A DNA stretch of 64,000 nt, from NCBI GenBank assembly GCA_017935485.1, contig JAGBHO010000047.1, positions 2,285 to 66,284 on the forward strand. The letters run 5' to 3'. The notes under the pieces were generated by a model, which was given only the letters and a program-made list of their open reading frames with translations, had not been told where the DNA came from and did not search any database. Below, piece after piece: positions 1 to 9,760 of the stretch; position 1 is the first letter of the stretch; each line of letters begins with the position of its first letter. This stretch comes from Alphaproteobacteria bacterium. Its GTDB lineage: Bacteria; Pseudomonadota; Alphaproteobacteria; RF32; CAG-239. A program made the translations under genes and the position numbers.

Positions 1-39
1 TTGTTTTCTTCATAGAGTTGGGATTTTCTTCTTTCTTAC

Positions 40-355
40 TTTTGCTTGACCAAAAGGCCGAACGTCGGCGGCGCTCAAAAAAGTCAAGCCCAACCTCACT
101 TTCTAAATCTTCAGAGCAAAGTTAAGGTCACTACGTTCCAAGGCTTAGTGCTTCAATTTTACCTCTTTGCTCCAAAGATTAAGAAGTTGTTCGGTAATCG
201 GGCTGGTCTAACTCCCTCCTACTCCCTCTTAGCAAAGAGGGAGAAATATGTGGGTCTTTCGGGTTTTGCTCCAAAACCTAAGCTATTCGCAAAGGGCACA
301 CAAACCGTGCCGGACGAAAGAGAGGTGCTTCACTTTCGGTTTCTGTGTATATTTT
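40..355 (+). promoter_or_regulatory. Candidate structured 5-prime leader of mgtE, possibly an M-box (ykoK-type) Mg2+ riboswitch with a terminator-like hairpin (315-338) and U-run
   Basis: Sits before a Mg transporter gene with a strong SD. The only ORF here (46-357) has non-protein-like composition. Segments resemble M-box conserved blocks (GGCGGCGCUCAAAAAAGUC, GUUAAGGUC, UCCAAGG). Hairpin CGAAAGAG...CACUUUCG is followed by UUUCUGUGUAUAUUUU. Confidence 0.3.
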
Positions 356-441
356 GACTTTTTAGGTTTGCGGGAGGGCGCTATCGTATTAAAAAGGCCA
401 TAGTCAATGATTATCTTATAACAAAGTCAATATAGGGAGGG

Positions 442-1866
442 ATGATGAAGAAAAAAATCAAAAACAGCAAACCGGCCCTGAAAAAGAAAAAAAATCTGAA
501 AAAAATCAAGCATTCGGGGACTATGTTAGGTCTTGGCCCCAAGATGATTAATTCGATTATTCTGGCTTTGGAAGAAGATGACAAGATTCATGTCCGCAAG
601 ATTGTCGAAGGCTTGTCCGAATATGATCTTGCCAAGCTGATTGAGGCCCTTGATCACAATCAGCGTCGCCAGCTCATTGAAATCCTTGGTTCTCACATTA
701 ATCCGGATGTTTTTCCCGAACTTAACGAGGTGGTTCAGGAGCAGGTTATTGACAGTTTGGACGAGAACCAGATTGTTCATATCGTTAACGAGTTGGACTC
801 GGACGAAGCCGTTGAAATTTTGGAGCATATGGATGATGACGAGCAGAAGCACATCATCAGCCGCCTGTCTCCCGAGCTCAAGCAGCAGGTTAAGTCTTCG
901 CTTTCTTATCCCGAAGATTCCGCCGGACGTATTATGTCGCGCGAGTTTGTCAGCATGCCGGACAGTTGGTCGGTCAAAGAGGCGCGCAGCTATCTTTTGA
1001 CGGCGGAAGAGCTGCCTGACGGCTTTTATGACATATTCCTGACGGACGAGCATTTGCATCCGACCGGACAAATTCCGTTGGACAAGCTTTTGCGCGCCAA
1101 GCCGAACGAGCAGCTCTATGACATTATGGACTGTGAGGTGGTGCCTGTCGACGTTTATACCGATCAGGAAGAAGTGGCGCATATGTTCCGCGAATACGGC
1201 TGGATGTCGGCGATGGTGGTTGATGCCAAGGGGCGTTTGGTCGGCGCGATTACGATTGATGACGTGGTTCATGTGATTCATGAAGAGGCGTCCGAGGACA
1301 TTATGCATCTTTCCGGTGCGGAAGAGGGGGACGTTTACAAGCCGGTCAGCGCTATTTTTAAGTCGCGCGTCATCTGGCTGGTTACAAATTTGTTTGCAAC
1401 GATTGTGGCCGCTTCGGTGGTTAAGGGTTTTCAGGAGGTGATTGCCCAGATTTCGGTTCTGGCGGTTTTGATGCCGATTGTGGCGTCAATGGGCGGGACG
1501 ACCGGAAATCAGACGCTGGCGGTGGTTGTGCGGGCTTTGGCGACCAAAGAGCTGACGTCGCGCAACACGCTCAGGATGATTGGCAAGGAGTTTTTGGTCG
1601 GTTTGTGCAACGGCGTGATGTTTGCCGGGCTGATTGCATTGATTACGCATTTTTGGTTTCCTGATCAGATGATGATCAGTGTGATTATTGCCGTTGCCAT
1701 GTTGTGCAATTTGACGATTGCCAGTCTGGCGGGGATTTTGATTCCGCTGCTGTTGAACAAGATGAAGGTTGATCCGGCCATTTCTTCCGGCGTTTTTCTG
1801 ATTGCCGTGACCGATTCCGGCGGGTTTTTCATCTTTTTGGGACTGGCCAAGCTTCTGTTGCTTTAA
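442..1866 (+). CDS. mgtE: Magnesium transporter MgtE (N domain, CBS pair, C-terminal TM domain); Lys-rich N-terminal extension
   Basis: 474-aa ORF with GGGAGGG SD 6 nt upstream; MgtE-N/CBS-like region then five hydrophobic helices (PIVASMGGTTGNQ motif). Confidence 0.85.
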   Translation: MMKKKIKNSKPALKKKKNLKKIKHSGTMLGLGPKMINSIILALEEDDKIHVRKIVEGLSEYDLAKLIEALDHNQRRQLIEILGSHINPDVFPELNEVVQEQVIDSLDENQIVHIVNELDSDEAVEILEHMDDDEQKHIISRLSPELKQQVKSSLSYPEDSAGRIMSREFVSMPDSWSVKEARSYLLTAEELPDGFYDIFLTDEHLHPTGQIPLDKLLRAKPNEQLYDIMDCEVVPVDVYTDQEEVAHMFREYGWMSAMVVDAKGRLVGAITIDDVVHVIHEEASEDIMHLSGAEEGDVYKPVSAIFKSRVIWLVTNLFATIVAASVVKGFQEVIAQISVLAVLMPIVASMGGTTGNQTLAVVVRALATKELTSRNTLRMIGKEFLVGLCNGVMFAGLIALITHFWFPDQMMISVIIAVAMLCNLTIASLAGILIPLLLNKMKVDPAISSGVFLIAVTDSGGFFIFLGLAKLLLL

Positions 1867-1919
1867 TTTTTATATGAATATGTTTATATAAATGCTTTAT
1901 TAGTGCTGAAAATGCCGCT

Positions 1920-2435
1920 ATGATGCATTTTGTTGGCGAAACAAAACAGGAGATTTTTGTGTTATTGGGTTTGATTACGGCGGCTGCGGCGATTGTTATT
2001 GACCAGCTTTCCAAGTATTGGGTTTTGAACCATGTGGTGAACGATTCCGCCGCGATTGTGCTGGCGCCGTTTTTTAACGTGGTGCGGGCGTGGAATACCG
2101 GCGTGAGTTTTTCTATGTTTAATGACGGCGGGGTAACCGGCATTGTCGGCCTGACCGTGGTGGCGCTGGTGATCGTGGCTTTTTTGCTGAACTGGCTGCG
2201 TAAGGAAAATTGCAGGCTTGTGCAAATTGCTCTCGGAATGATTATCGGCGGCGCTATCGGCAATGTGATTGACCGTGTGCGTTTGGGCGCCGTTTTTGAT
2301 TTTTTGGATTTTCATCTGGGCGGCAGTCACTGGCCGGCTTTTAATGCTGCGGACAGTTTTATTTGTATCGGCGCTATGATGATTATTATACACGGACTTT
2401 GGTTTAATGAAAAATCGACTGAGGAGAAGGCATGA
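1920..2435 (+). CDS. lspA: Lipoprotein signal peptidase (signal peptidase II)
   Basis: 171 aa, four TM segments, conserved NxGxxF / AIGNVIDR / FNxAD motifs. Confidence 0.8.
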   Translation: MMHFVGETKQEIFVLLGLITAAAAIVIDQLSKYWVLNHVVNDSAAIVLAPFFNVVRAWNTGVSFSMFNDGGVTGIVGLTVVALVIVAFLLNWLRKENCRLVQIALGMIIGGAIGNVIDRVRLGAVFDFLDFHLGGSHWPAFNAADSFICIGAMMIIIHGLWFNEKSTEEKA

Positions 2436-2704
2436 TGAAAAAATTTGGTATTGCGGTAACTGCGGTTTTGGTTTGCGGCGCGTTGACGGCGTGCAATGCG
2501 ACCAAAGAAAGTCTGGGGCTGAGCAAAAAGGCGCCGGACGAGTTTATGGTCAGTACCAGAGCGCCGTTATCGCTGCCGCCGGAATATAATCTGTTGCCGG
2601 TGGCTGAAGACAGTTATAAAATTGAGCAGCAGGAAGCCCGTCAGGCAGAAACCGAAGATATGACCGGCGCCGAGAAAAAGCTTTTGGCCAAAATGGAAAG
2701 GTAA
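2432..2704 (+). CDS. Small lipoprotein (signal peptide with LTAC lipobox), function unknown
   Basis: 90 aa, 4-nt overlap with lspA stop, lipobox L-T-A-C. Confidence 0.5.
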   Translation: MMKKFGIAVTAVLVCGALTACNATKESLGLSKKAPDEFMVSTRAPLSLPPEYNLLPVAEDSYKIEQQEARQAETEDMTGAEKKLLAKMER

Positions 2705-2722
2705 CCCGAAGCTGGGGGCGTT

Positions 2723-4063
2723 TTGTTAAAATTATCTCTTAAAATAGCCGCTTTTGCGTTAGTGTTATGGAAGTTTGGTCCGGTTGAGGCCAAGCTTTTT
2801 AACGCTTCGGCCTATCAGCTTGATAACGGCATGCAGGTTGTGGTGGTGCCCAATCACAAGGCGCCGATTGTCAAGCATATGGTCTGGTATAAGGTCGGGA
2901 GCGCTGACGAAAAGCCCGGAAAAGGCGGTATTGCCCATTTGCTCGAGCATTTGATGTTTCGCGGTACCAAGAAGATTAAGGGCACGGAGCTGAACCGCAT
3001 TACCGAGAATAACGGCATGGAGGCCAATGCTTTTACCGGACAGGATTATACCGCTTATCACCAGTTGACGGATGTCAGCAAGTTGGAGCTGGCAATGTTT
3101 ATGGAAGCCGACAGGATGAGCAATCTGAATTTTTCGGATGAAGATTTCGGGTTGGAGCGCGATATTGTCTATCAGGAGCGCAAGCAGGTGGTGGAGAACA
3201 ATTCGGTTTCGGTTTTTTCCGAGACTTTGCGCAAAGTAATGTGGCAGGATCATCCTTATGCACGTCCGGTGACCGGGTCAGTGAAGGAAATTATGACCTT
3301 AACGCCTGAAGATGCCAGAAGTTTTTATCGGCGTTATTATGCGCCGAATAATGCCATTTTGGTGCTTTCCGGCGATATTGAGCCGGAGACGGGGCTGCGC
3401 CTGGCCAAGAAATATTACGGCAGTGCCAAGAAGTCGGATGTTTCCGTTGTGCCGGCGCTGGATAAGGCGGAAGGAAATTTTTCCGCGGCGTTTGAAATGG
3501 AGCTGCCTGCCGTTGCCTCAATGCGGCTGAGCAATGCCTGGCTGGCTCCTTCGGTTAATTCGGAGGATAGGAAAGATATTTATGCTTTGAGCGTGTTATC
3601 AAAGTATTTGGGGGAGAGTAAGACCTCAAAATTGTATAAAAAGCTGGTGGACGGCAATAAAAAGGCTTTGGCTGCGGAAAGTTCGTATGATTATGCCGTG
3701 CGCGGCGCCGGAACTTTTACAATCAGCGCCATTCCGAGAGAAGGCGTGTCGGCAGAAGAAATGCAACAGGCGCTGGGGCAGGCCGTTAAAGAGGCGTTAG
3801 ATGAGATTACGCTGGATGAAATTGCTATGACAAAGCACAGAATGTTGGCCGGGCTGGTTTATTTGAAAGACAATCCCGGCGATGCGGCCATGATTATCGG
3901 CTCGATGATGAGTTCGGGAATGTCTTTGGATGATATTGAAGCTTTGGCGGATTCAATTGCCGCGGTTGAGTATAAAGACGTGAAGGCTGCCGGTGAAAAA
4001 CTGCTTTTGCAAAAACCGCGGGTAATGGCTGTAATCAAACCAAAACCGGAGGAGAAGAGGTGA
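2723..4063 (+). CDS. M16-family zinc peptidase (pitrilysin-like, HxxEH motif) with signal peptide
   Basis: 446 aa; HLLEHLMFRGT inverted zinc-binding motif. Confidence 0.75.
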   Translation: MLKLSLKIAAFALVLWKFGPVEAKLFNASAYQLDNGMQVVVVPNHKAPIVKHMVWYKVGSADEKPGKGGIAHLLEHLMFRGTKKIKGTELNRITENNGMEANAFTGQDYTAYHQLTDVSKLELAMFMEADRMSNLNFSDEDFGLERDIVYQERKQVVENNSVSVFSETLRKVMWQDHPYARPVTGSVKEIMTLTPEDARSFYRRYYAPNNAILVLSGDIEPETGLRLAKKYYGSAKKSDVSVVPALDKAEGNFSAAFEMELPAVASMRLSNAWLAPSVNSEDRKDIYALSVLSKYLGESKTSKLYKKLVDGNKKALAAESSYDYAVRGAGTFTISAIPREGVSAEEMQQALGQAVKEALDEITLDEIAMTKHRMLAGLVYLKDNPGDAAMIIGSMMSSGMSLDDIEALADSIAAVEYKDVKAAGEKLLLQKPRVMAVIKPKPEEKR

Positions 4064-5463
4064 TGTTTAAAAGAAGGCGCAGACATTCTTTTTCCGGCGT
4101 ATTAAAGCTTGGAACGGCCGCTTTGGCATTGTGGGGCGGGTATTGGCTTTATCAAAATACCTTTACTTTCAATCCTGATAAAATTTTAGAAAATTCAGAA
4201 CTTAAACAGCGAAATTTTGAGACAAAGGTTGAAGAAGTTTTTTCCCGCAGGCATCGTATTAAAGCCTATTTGTTTCAGGACAAGACCAATCCGATTATCA
4301 GCCTGCGTTTTATTTTTAAGAATGCCGGGCTGGCAACGGATGATGCCGATAAGGTCGGTATTGCCAATATGGCCGCCGCTTTGTTGACGCACGGCGCAGG
4401 GGAGTTGGACAATGTGCGCTTTAACGAAGAATTGGAAAACAACGGCATCGGTCTGAGTTTTGGTGCCGATAAAGATGATTTCGGCGGAACGCTGATTACG
4501 ACAAAAGATAATCGCAAAAAGGCTTTTGAACTGCTTAAAAGCGTGTTGAACAGCCCGCGTTTTGACAAAGGCGAAATTGAGCAGGTTCGGGCGCAGATGC
4601 TTATGTCGCTGAAACAGCAGCAAGAGCGGCCGGAGCGGGTTTTGGAGTTGGCTTTTGCAAAAGCGTTGTATAAAAATCATCCGTATGCCCGTAATCCGAT
4701 TGGAGAAAAGGAAGATATTTTTAAAATCAATCAGGAGCAACTCAAGGAATTTGTGGTGCGGCATCTGAGTCAGAACAATCTGGTTGTCGGCGTGGCCGGC
4801 GATGTTGACGCTGAAGAGCTTTCTGAGGTGCTGGATGAGGTTTTCGGAGGCTTGCCGCAGACGGGAAGTATCAATTTTGTCCGGCCGGCGGAAGTTGATT
4901 TTATGTCCGGAGAAGTGAACGTTTTTCAGGATACGGCGCAGAATATGGCCAGATTTGCAGCGCCGGGCGTAGAAAGAAAGCATCCGGATTTTTATCCGTT
5001 GTATATTGCCAATTATATTTTTGGCGGTGCCGGGCTGAATTCGCGTCTGAATGTTGCCGCGAGAGAAAAACAAGGATTGACTTACGGAATTTATACCTAT
5101 TTGAGTTTGTCTGACAAATCAGCGCTTATCAGCGGCGGTTTTTCTTCAACACCGGAAAATTTTGCAAAAGTGAAGGAAATTCTGCTTTCCGAATGGCAAA
5201 AATTCGGCCGGGACGGAGTATCGGCTCAAGAACTGAAAGATGCCAAAGATTATCTTGTTTCTTCTTATAATCTGCGTTTTGCTTCCATTGATGGGATTGC
5301 CGATATGGCGGCGTATATGCAGAAAGATGATTTAGGGCTTGATTTTTTGCAAAAAAGAAATGATTATGTGCGTTCCGTAACTTTGGAAGATATTAACAGG
5401 GTTATAAAGAAGTACTTTAATAAGAATGCGTTATTGTTTGTAAATTCCGGAAAATTTGAATAA
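4060..5463 (+). CDS. M16-family peptidase paralog (probably non-catalytic partner subunit)
   Basis: 467 aa, overlaps the previous stop (ATGA). M16 fold-like, no intact HxxEH. Confidence 0.7.
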   Translation: MMFKRRRRHSFSGVLKLGTAALALWGGYWLYQNTFTFNPDKILENSELKQRNFETKVEEVFSRRHRIKAYLFQDKTNPIISLRFIFKNAGLATDDADKVGIANMAAALLTHGAGELDNVRFNEELENNGIGLSFGADKDDFGGTLITTKDNRKKAFELLKSVLNSPRFDKGEIEQVRAQMLMSLKQQQERPERVLELAFAKALYKNHPYARNPIGEKEDIFKINQEQLKEFVVRHLSQNNLVVGVAGDVDAEELSEVLDEVFGGLPQTGSINFVRPAEVDFMSGEVNVFQDTAQNMARFAAPGVERKHPDFYPLYIANYIFGGAGLNSRLNVAAREKQGLTYGIYTYLSLSDKSALISGGFSSTPENFAKVKEILLSEWQKFGRDGVSAQELKDAKDYLVSSYNLRFASIDGIADMAAYMQKDDLGLDFLQKRNDYVRSVTLEDINRVIKKYFNKNALLFVNSGKFE

Positions 5464-5478
5464 CAAAAGGAGTTTGGA

Positions 5479-7122
5479 ATGAAAAAAGAAGTTAATAAAT
5501 TTAAGTATTGGAAAAAGCTGGCTTCTCATTATAAAAAAATGAGAAAGCTGCATATGCGCGAGTTGTTTGAAAAAGATGAAAACCGTGCGGAAAGATACTC
5601 TGTTAAGTTGGATTCCATGTTGCTGGATTATTCAAAAAACCGGATTGATGACAAGACGATGAAATATTTGATGTGTCTGGCCAGAGAGTGTAAGCTTGAC
5701 GAGAAAATCGAGGCTATGTTTGAAGGCAAACGCATTAACATTACCGAAAACCGTCCGGTTTTGCATACGGCGCTCAGAAACCGCGCCAATACGCCGGTTT
5801 TTGTTGACGGTAAAAACGTTATGGACGATATTAACGAGGTTCTGGCTAAAATGCGGAGCTTTTCCGAAGCTGTCCGGCTGGGAAAATTTAAGGGGCATAC
5901 CGGCAAAAAACTGACAAATATTGTTAATATCGGCATCGGCGGATCTGATTTGGGGCCGGTTATGGCGACGGAGGCTTTGCGTAAATACTGGGCCAAAGAC
6001 ATTAACTGCTATTTTATTTCTAATATTGACGGTACGGCTTGTGCCGAGGTTTTGAATAAGATTGATCCGGAAACCACGTTGTTTATTGTGGCTTCCAAGA
6101 CTTTTACAACAATTGAAACACTGACCAATGCCAGAACCTGTCGGAAATGGTTGGTCGATGCTTTGGGCGAACATGCGGTGTCCAAGCATTTTGTCGCTTT
6201 GTCCACGAATGTTAAAGAAGTGGAGAAATTTGGCATTAATCCGGAAAACATGTTTGAGTTCTGGGATTTTGTCGGCGGCCGTTATTCAATGTGGTCTGCT
6301 ATCGGCCTGTCAATTGCGATTGCGGTCGGAATGGACAATTTTGAACGGATGCTGGATGGCGCTTATGCTATGGATGTTCATTTCCGGACAACAGATTTTG
6401 AACATAATATTCCCGTAATATTAGCGCTTTTGGGGATTTGGTATAACAATTTCTTTAACTTAAAAAGCTATGCCGTTGTTCCTTATGACGAATATCTTAA
6501 ATATGTGCCGGCTTATTTACAGCAGTTGGACATGGAAAGCAACGGCAAATTTGTTTCCAGCGGTGATGAATATGTTAAATATGTGACGGCGCCGGTTTTG
6601 TTCGGCGGTGCAGGTACCAATGTTCAACACTCGTTTTTCCAGCTTTTGCATCAGGGGACAACGATTGTGCCGTGCGATTTTATTATTCCGGCGATTTCAC
6701 ATAATGAGATCGGCGAGCATCATGAGATTTTGATTGCCAACGTTCTGGCTCAAGGAGAGGCGTTGATGCGCGGTAAAACCGTTAAGGAAGCGGCAGAGGA
6801 GCTGGCTAAGGCCGGAAAATCAAAGGAAGAAGTCAATTTCTTGAAAAAATACAAAAGTTTTCCTGGAAACCGTCCGTCCAATACGGTTGTTTTCAAAAAA
6901 ATCGATCCCTATGCTCTGGGAATGCTGATTGCAATGTATGAGCATAAGATTTTTGTTCAGGGTGTGATTTGGAATATTGATTCTTTTGACCAGATGGGTG
7001 TTGAACTCGGTAAGCAGATGGCTTTGAGCATTTTGCCGGAATTGCAGGGTAATGCTTATACCATGGGGCATGACGGTTCAACGTCGGAATTGATTAAGCA
7101 TATTAAGAAAATGAGAAAATAA
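5479..7122 (+). CDS. pgi: Glucose-6-phosphate isomerase
   Basis: 547 aa; PGI signature blocks (DYSKN, GIGGSDLGP, GGRYSMWSAIG). Confidence 0.9.
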   Translation: MKKEVNKFKYWKKLASHYKKMRKLHMRELFEKDENRAERYSVKLDSMLLDYSKNRIDDKTMKYLMCLARECKLDEKIEAMFEGKRINITENRPVLHTALRNRANTPVFVDGKNVMDDINEVLAKMRSFSEAVRLGKFKGHTGKKLTNIVNIGIGGSDLGPVMATEALRKYWAKDINCYFISNIDGTACAEVLNKIDPETTLFIVASKTFTTIETLTNARTCRKWLVDALGEHAVSKHFVALSTNVKEVEKFGINPENMFEFWDFVGGRYSMWSAIGLSIAIAVGMDNFERMLDGAYAMDVHFRTTDFEHNIPVILALLGIWYNNFFNLKSYAVVPYDEYLKYVPAYLQQLDMESNGKFVSSGDEYVKYVTAPVLFGGAGTNVQHSFFQLLHQGTTIVPCDFIIPAISHNEIGEHHEILIANVLAQGEALMRGKTVKEAAEELAKAGKSKEEVNFLKKYKSFPGNRPSNTVVFKKIDPYALGMLIAMYEHKIFVQGVIWNIDSFDQMGVELGKQMALSILPELQGNAYTMGHDGSTSELIKHIKKMRK

Positions 7123-7144
7123 CTTTCTGAAAAGGCGTGATAAT

Positions 7145-8998
7145 TTGACAATACGCATTTTGCCGAATACTTTGGTTAACCAGATTGCCGCCGGTGAAGT
7201 GGTGGAGCGTCCGGCTTCGGTTTTGAAAGAACTGGTCGAGAATTCTATTGATGCCGGAGCAACCTCCGTGGAGGTGACATTGGTTGACGGCGGCAAGAGC
7301 TTGATGATTATCAGCGATAACGGCAAAGGAATGTCAAAAGACGAACTCCCGATTGCTGTGGAAAGGCATGCAACGTCCAAACTCCCTGACGATAATTTGT
7401 TTAATATCAATTTCTTAGGGTTTAGAGGTGAAGCATTACCTTCAATTTCTTCAGTCGCCAGATTGTCTATTACCTCACGGGTGGCCGGTGCGGAAAATGC
7501 ATGGAAGATAGAGGTGAACGGCGGGGAGAAGTCTGAAGTCGTGCCTGCCGCATTGAGCAAAGGAACGCGGATTGAGGTGCGGGATTTGTTTTATGCCACG
7601 CCGGCGCGGTTAAAATTTTTGAGGACGGCAGCTTCAGAGACCGGGCAATGCGTTGATATCATGAACCGGATTGCTCTGGCTAATCCGCATATTTCTTTTT
7701 ATCTTAATGATGAAAAAGGTAAGAAAATTGCTTTGAATGCCCAGCAAGGCGAACTTTTTGACGCCAGGTTGAAAAGGCTGGCGGATGTTATGGGGAAAGA
7801 GTTTGGTGAAAATTCTTTTTTGATTGATGCGCGGCGGGAGAGTTTGCATATCAGCGGCTATGCCAGCCTGCCGACGCTGAACAAGGCAAATTCATTGTCG
7901 CAGTATTTGTTTGTTAACAATCGTCCGGTACGGGACAAATTGTTGCTCGGAGCGATTAAAGGGGCTTATCAGGATGTGTTGGAGCGCAACCGTTATCCGA
8001 TGTGCGCTTTGTATTTTGACATTGATCCGGCATATGTTGACGTCAATGTGCATCCGGCAAAGGCCGAGGTGCGTTTTTATGATAACGCTCTTGTGCGCGG
8101 GTTGCTGGTCAGCGCTATCCGAAATGCCCTGAATCAGGCCGGACAGCGGGCTTCAAACGTAATGGATATTGCAACTTTTGTACAAGATCAGATTCCCGAA
8201 TTTGATGTTAACGGCGTGAAGCTTCCCGAAAAGGCGGTTTTGGAAGAAACTTCCTTTGAATTTCAGCGTGAGCCGCTCCGGCCTTACGGCGGTTTTGCCT
8301 TTCAGGGATGTAGCCGTTCGTCAGGCGGTGTCCGGCAGGCCGTATTGCCGGAACTGGAGCGCAAATTTTCGGTTCAGACGGAAGAAAGCGTTCCGGTTGC
8401 GCAGATCCGTGCGGAAGAGGCCGGACCTTTGGGACTGGCCAAAGCCCAATTTCATGACACTTATATTATTTCTCAGACGGAAGACAGTATTATTATTGTT
8501 GACCAGCATGCGGCACATGAACGGATTGTGATGGAGAAAATGAAAGACAATCTGGCGCGCGGCAACATAGCTTCGCAAATGCTTTTGATTCCGGAGGTTG
8601 TTGATTTGAAGCCGAGTGACAAGGTGCGGATTTTGGAAAATGCCGAAGAGCTGGGAAAGCTCGGGTTGCAGGTTGAAGAGTTCGGGCCGTCGGCAGTTAT
8701 TGTGCGGGAGATTCCTGCTTTGCTCGGAGATTGTGACGTCAAGGCGCTTATTCGGGATGTGGCGGAAGAGATGGCCGAATGGGGCAAAGGGTTTGAGCTG
8801 ACCGAGAAGCTGCATTTGGTTTGTGCGACAATGGCCTGTCATGGTTCTGTCCGTGCCGGCCGCCGCCTTAATGTTGACGAGATGAATCATCTTTTGCGCG
8901 ATATGGAACGCACGCCGCATTCGGGACAATGCAATCACGGACGCCCGACTTATATTGAACTGAAGATTGCGGATTTTGAAAAGCTTTTTCACCGCTGA
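7145..8998 (+). CDS. mutL: DNA mismatch repair protein MutL
   Basis: 617 aa; GHKL ATPase motifs (ELVENSIDAGA, DNGKGM, GFRGEAL) and C-terminal dimerisation domain. TTG start as called in the track. Confidence 0.9.
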   Translation: MTIRILPNTLVNQIAAGEVVERPASVLKELVENSIDAGATSVEVTLVDGGKSLMIISDNGKGMSKDELPIAVERHATSKLPDDNLFNINFLGFRGEALPSISSVARLSITSRVAGAENAWKIEVNGGEKSEVVPAALSKGTRIEVRDLFYATPARLKFLRTAASETGQCVDIMNRIALANPHISFYLNDEKGKKIALNAQQGELFDARLKRLADVMGKEFGENSFLIDARRESLHISGYASLPTLNKANSLSQYLFVNNRPVRDKLLLGAIKGAYQDVLERNRYPMCALYFDIDPAYVDVNVHPAKAEVRFYDNALVRGLLVSAIRNALNQAGQRASNVMDIATFVQDQIPEFDVNGVKLPEKAVLEETSFEFQREPLRPYGGFAFQGCSRSSGGVRQAVLPELERKFSVQTEESVPVAQIRAEEAGPLGLAKAQFHDTYIISQTEDSIIIVDQHAAHERIVMEKMKDNLARGNIASQMLLIPEVVDLKPSDKVRILENAEELGKLGLQVEEFGPSAVIVREIPALLGDCDVKALIRDVAEEMAEWGKGFELTEKLHLVCATMACHGSVRAGRRLNVDEMNHLLRDMERTPHSGQCNHGRPTYIELKIADFEKLFHR

Positions 8999-9023
8999 AA
9001 TGTCTTTGGTGTTGTTTATTGGT

Positions 9024-9212
9024 TTATATTGATTTTATTGTATCTCTGAGTTTGCGGACAAAGTCTTTCTTTTTGTTTTCTTGTGTCGTCGGACAGGCGT
9101 TTTCGGCAGTATTGCCGTATAAAGTTTTTTCGAAAAGTTCTTTAAGTATTTTTAATTTTTTTAAGTCTTGCCGGATTTGTTTTCCGGTTTTTGCATTAAT
9201 TTCTTCGGTCAT
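9024..9212 (-). CDS. Small hydrophilic hypothetical protein (62 aa)
   Basis: ORF only; charged, coiled-coil-like. Confidence 0.25.
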   Translation of the reverse strand: MTEEINAKTGKQIRQDLKKLKILKELFEKTLYGNTAENACPTTQENKKKDFVRKLRDTIKSI

Positions 9213-9231
9213 GGTTTTATGATCCTGTTTT

Positions 9232-9399
9232 TTAATTGTTTCGTTCTTTTATTTCTTCCAAAATAATAAAGGCGATAAGGATAAGAGCCGAAAGGGAGGT
9301 TATGACACAGGCGATTGAAAAATTTTGCAGCAGAATGCTGAAAAACAAACCTGATAAAGAACTGAAACAAGCTGTGTACAGCAACCACTCATTTTTCAT
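9232..9399 (-). CDS. Small hydrophobic protein (~55 aa, two predicted TM helices); not in ORF track
   Basis: Manual translation MKNEWLLYTACFSSLSGLFFSILLQNFSIACVITSLSALILIAFIILEEIKERNN; 14 bp downstream of another small membrane ORF. Confidence 0.3.
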   Translation of the reverse strand: MKNEWLLYTACFSSLSGLFFSILLQNFSIACVITSLSALILIAFIILEEIKERNN

Positions 9400-9413
9400 T
9401 TGCCGATGCCTCG

Positions 9414-9575
9414 TCAGTGTTTGGCTTCAGTTATCGGAATCATGAATAACAACATTATTGCCAAGATTAGAACGGCAATGCTGAAATCAGAATTGGCATC
9501 CGTCCAGATTCCGATAAAACCGGCTGTTGCTGCGGTAATTGACGAACCTAAAAGAATTTTGCTTTTATTGTTCAT
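9414..9575 (-). CDS. Small hydrophobic protein (~53 aa); not in ORF track
   Basis: Manual translation MNNKSKILLGSSITAATAGFIGIWTDANSDFSIAVLILAIMLLFMIPITEAKH; TTGACA-17-TATCAT promoter upstream on the minus strand. Confidence 0.3.
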   Translation of the reverse strand: MNNKSKILLGSSITAATAGFIGIWTDANSDFSIAVLILAIMLLFMIPITEAKH

Positions 9576-9760
9576 GATATAATTCCAGTGTTTGATTTTT
9601 TATAATACAACCAAATGATATAATAATTGCGCTCTTATGTCAAATATTAATGAAGAGTGTGGAGGATTATTCTGCAATCTTATGAAGACGGAAGAAAATT
9701 TTTGTATAAAAAACTCTGCCGACAGTAGTGCAGGCAGAGTTAAGGAGGAGCGGGCTTGGC

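Noticed and set aside
46-357. 103-aa plus-strand ORF upstream of mgtE
   Set aside because: Odd, non-protein-like composition, no SD, lies in structured leader DNA; treated as non-coding (possible riboswitch). I also considered an rRNA 3-prime fragment but found no convincing match.
442-520. A-rich runs (A7-A8) encoding the Lys-rich N-terminus of MgtE as slipped-strand sites
   Set aside because: They encode a plausible poly-Lys extension behind a strong SD; more likely compositional than a phase-variation device.
526-1308. 260-aa ORF antisense to mgtE
   Set aside because: Shadow ORF inside a well-supported gene. The same applies to the antisense ORFs within gatA (17235-18407), lon (35648-36379, 36863-37441), pgi, recA, the YihY-family gene (12420-13340), hydG and hisS.
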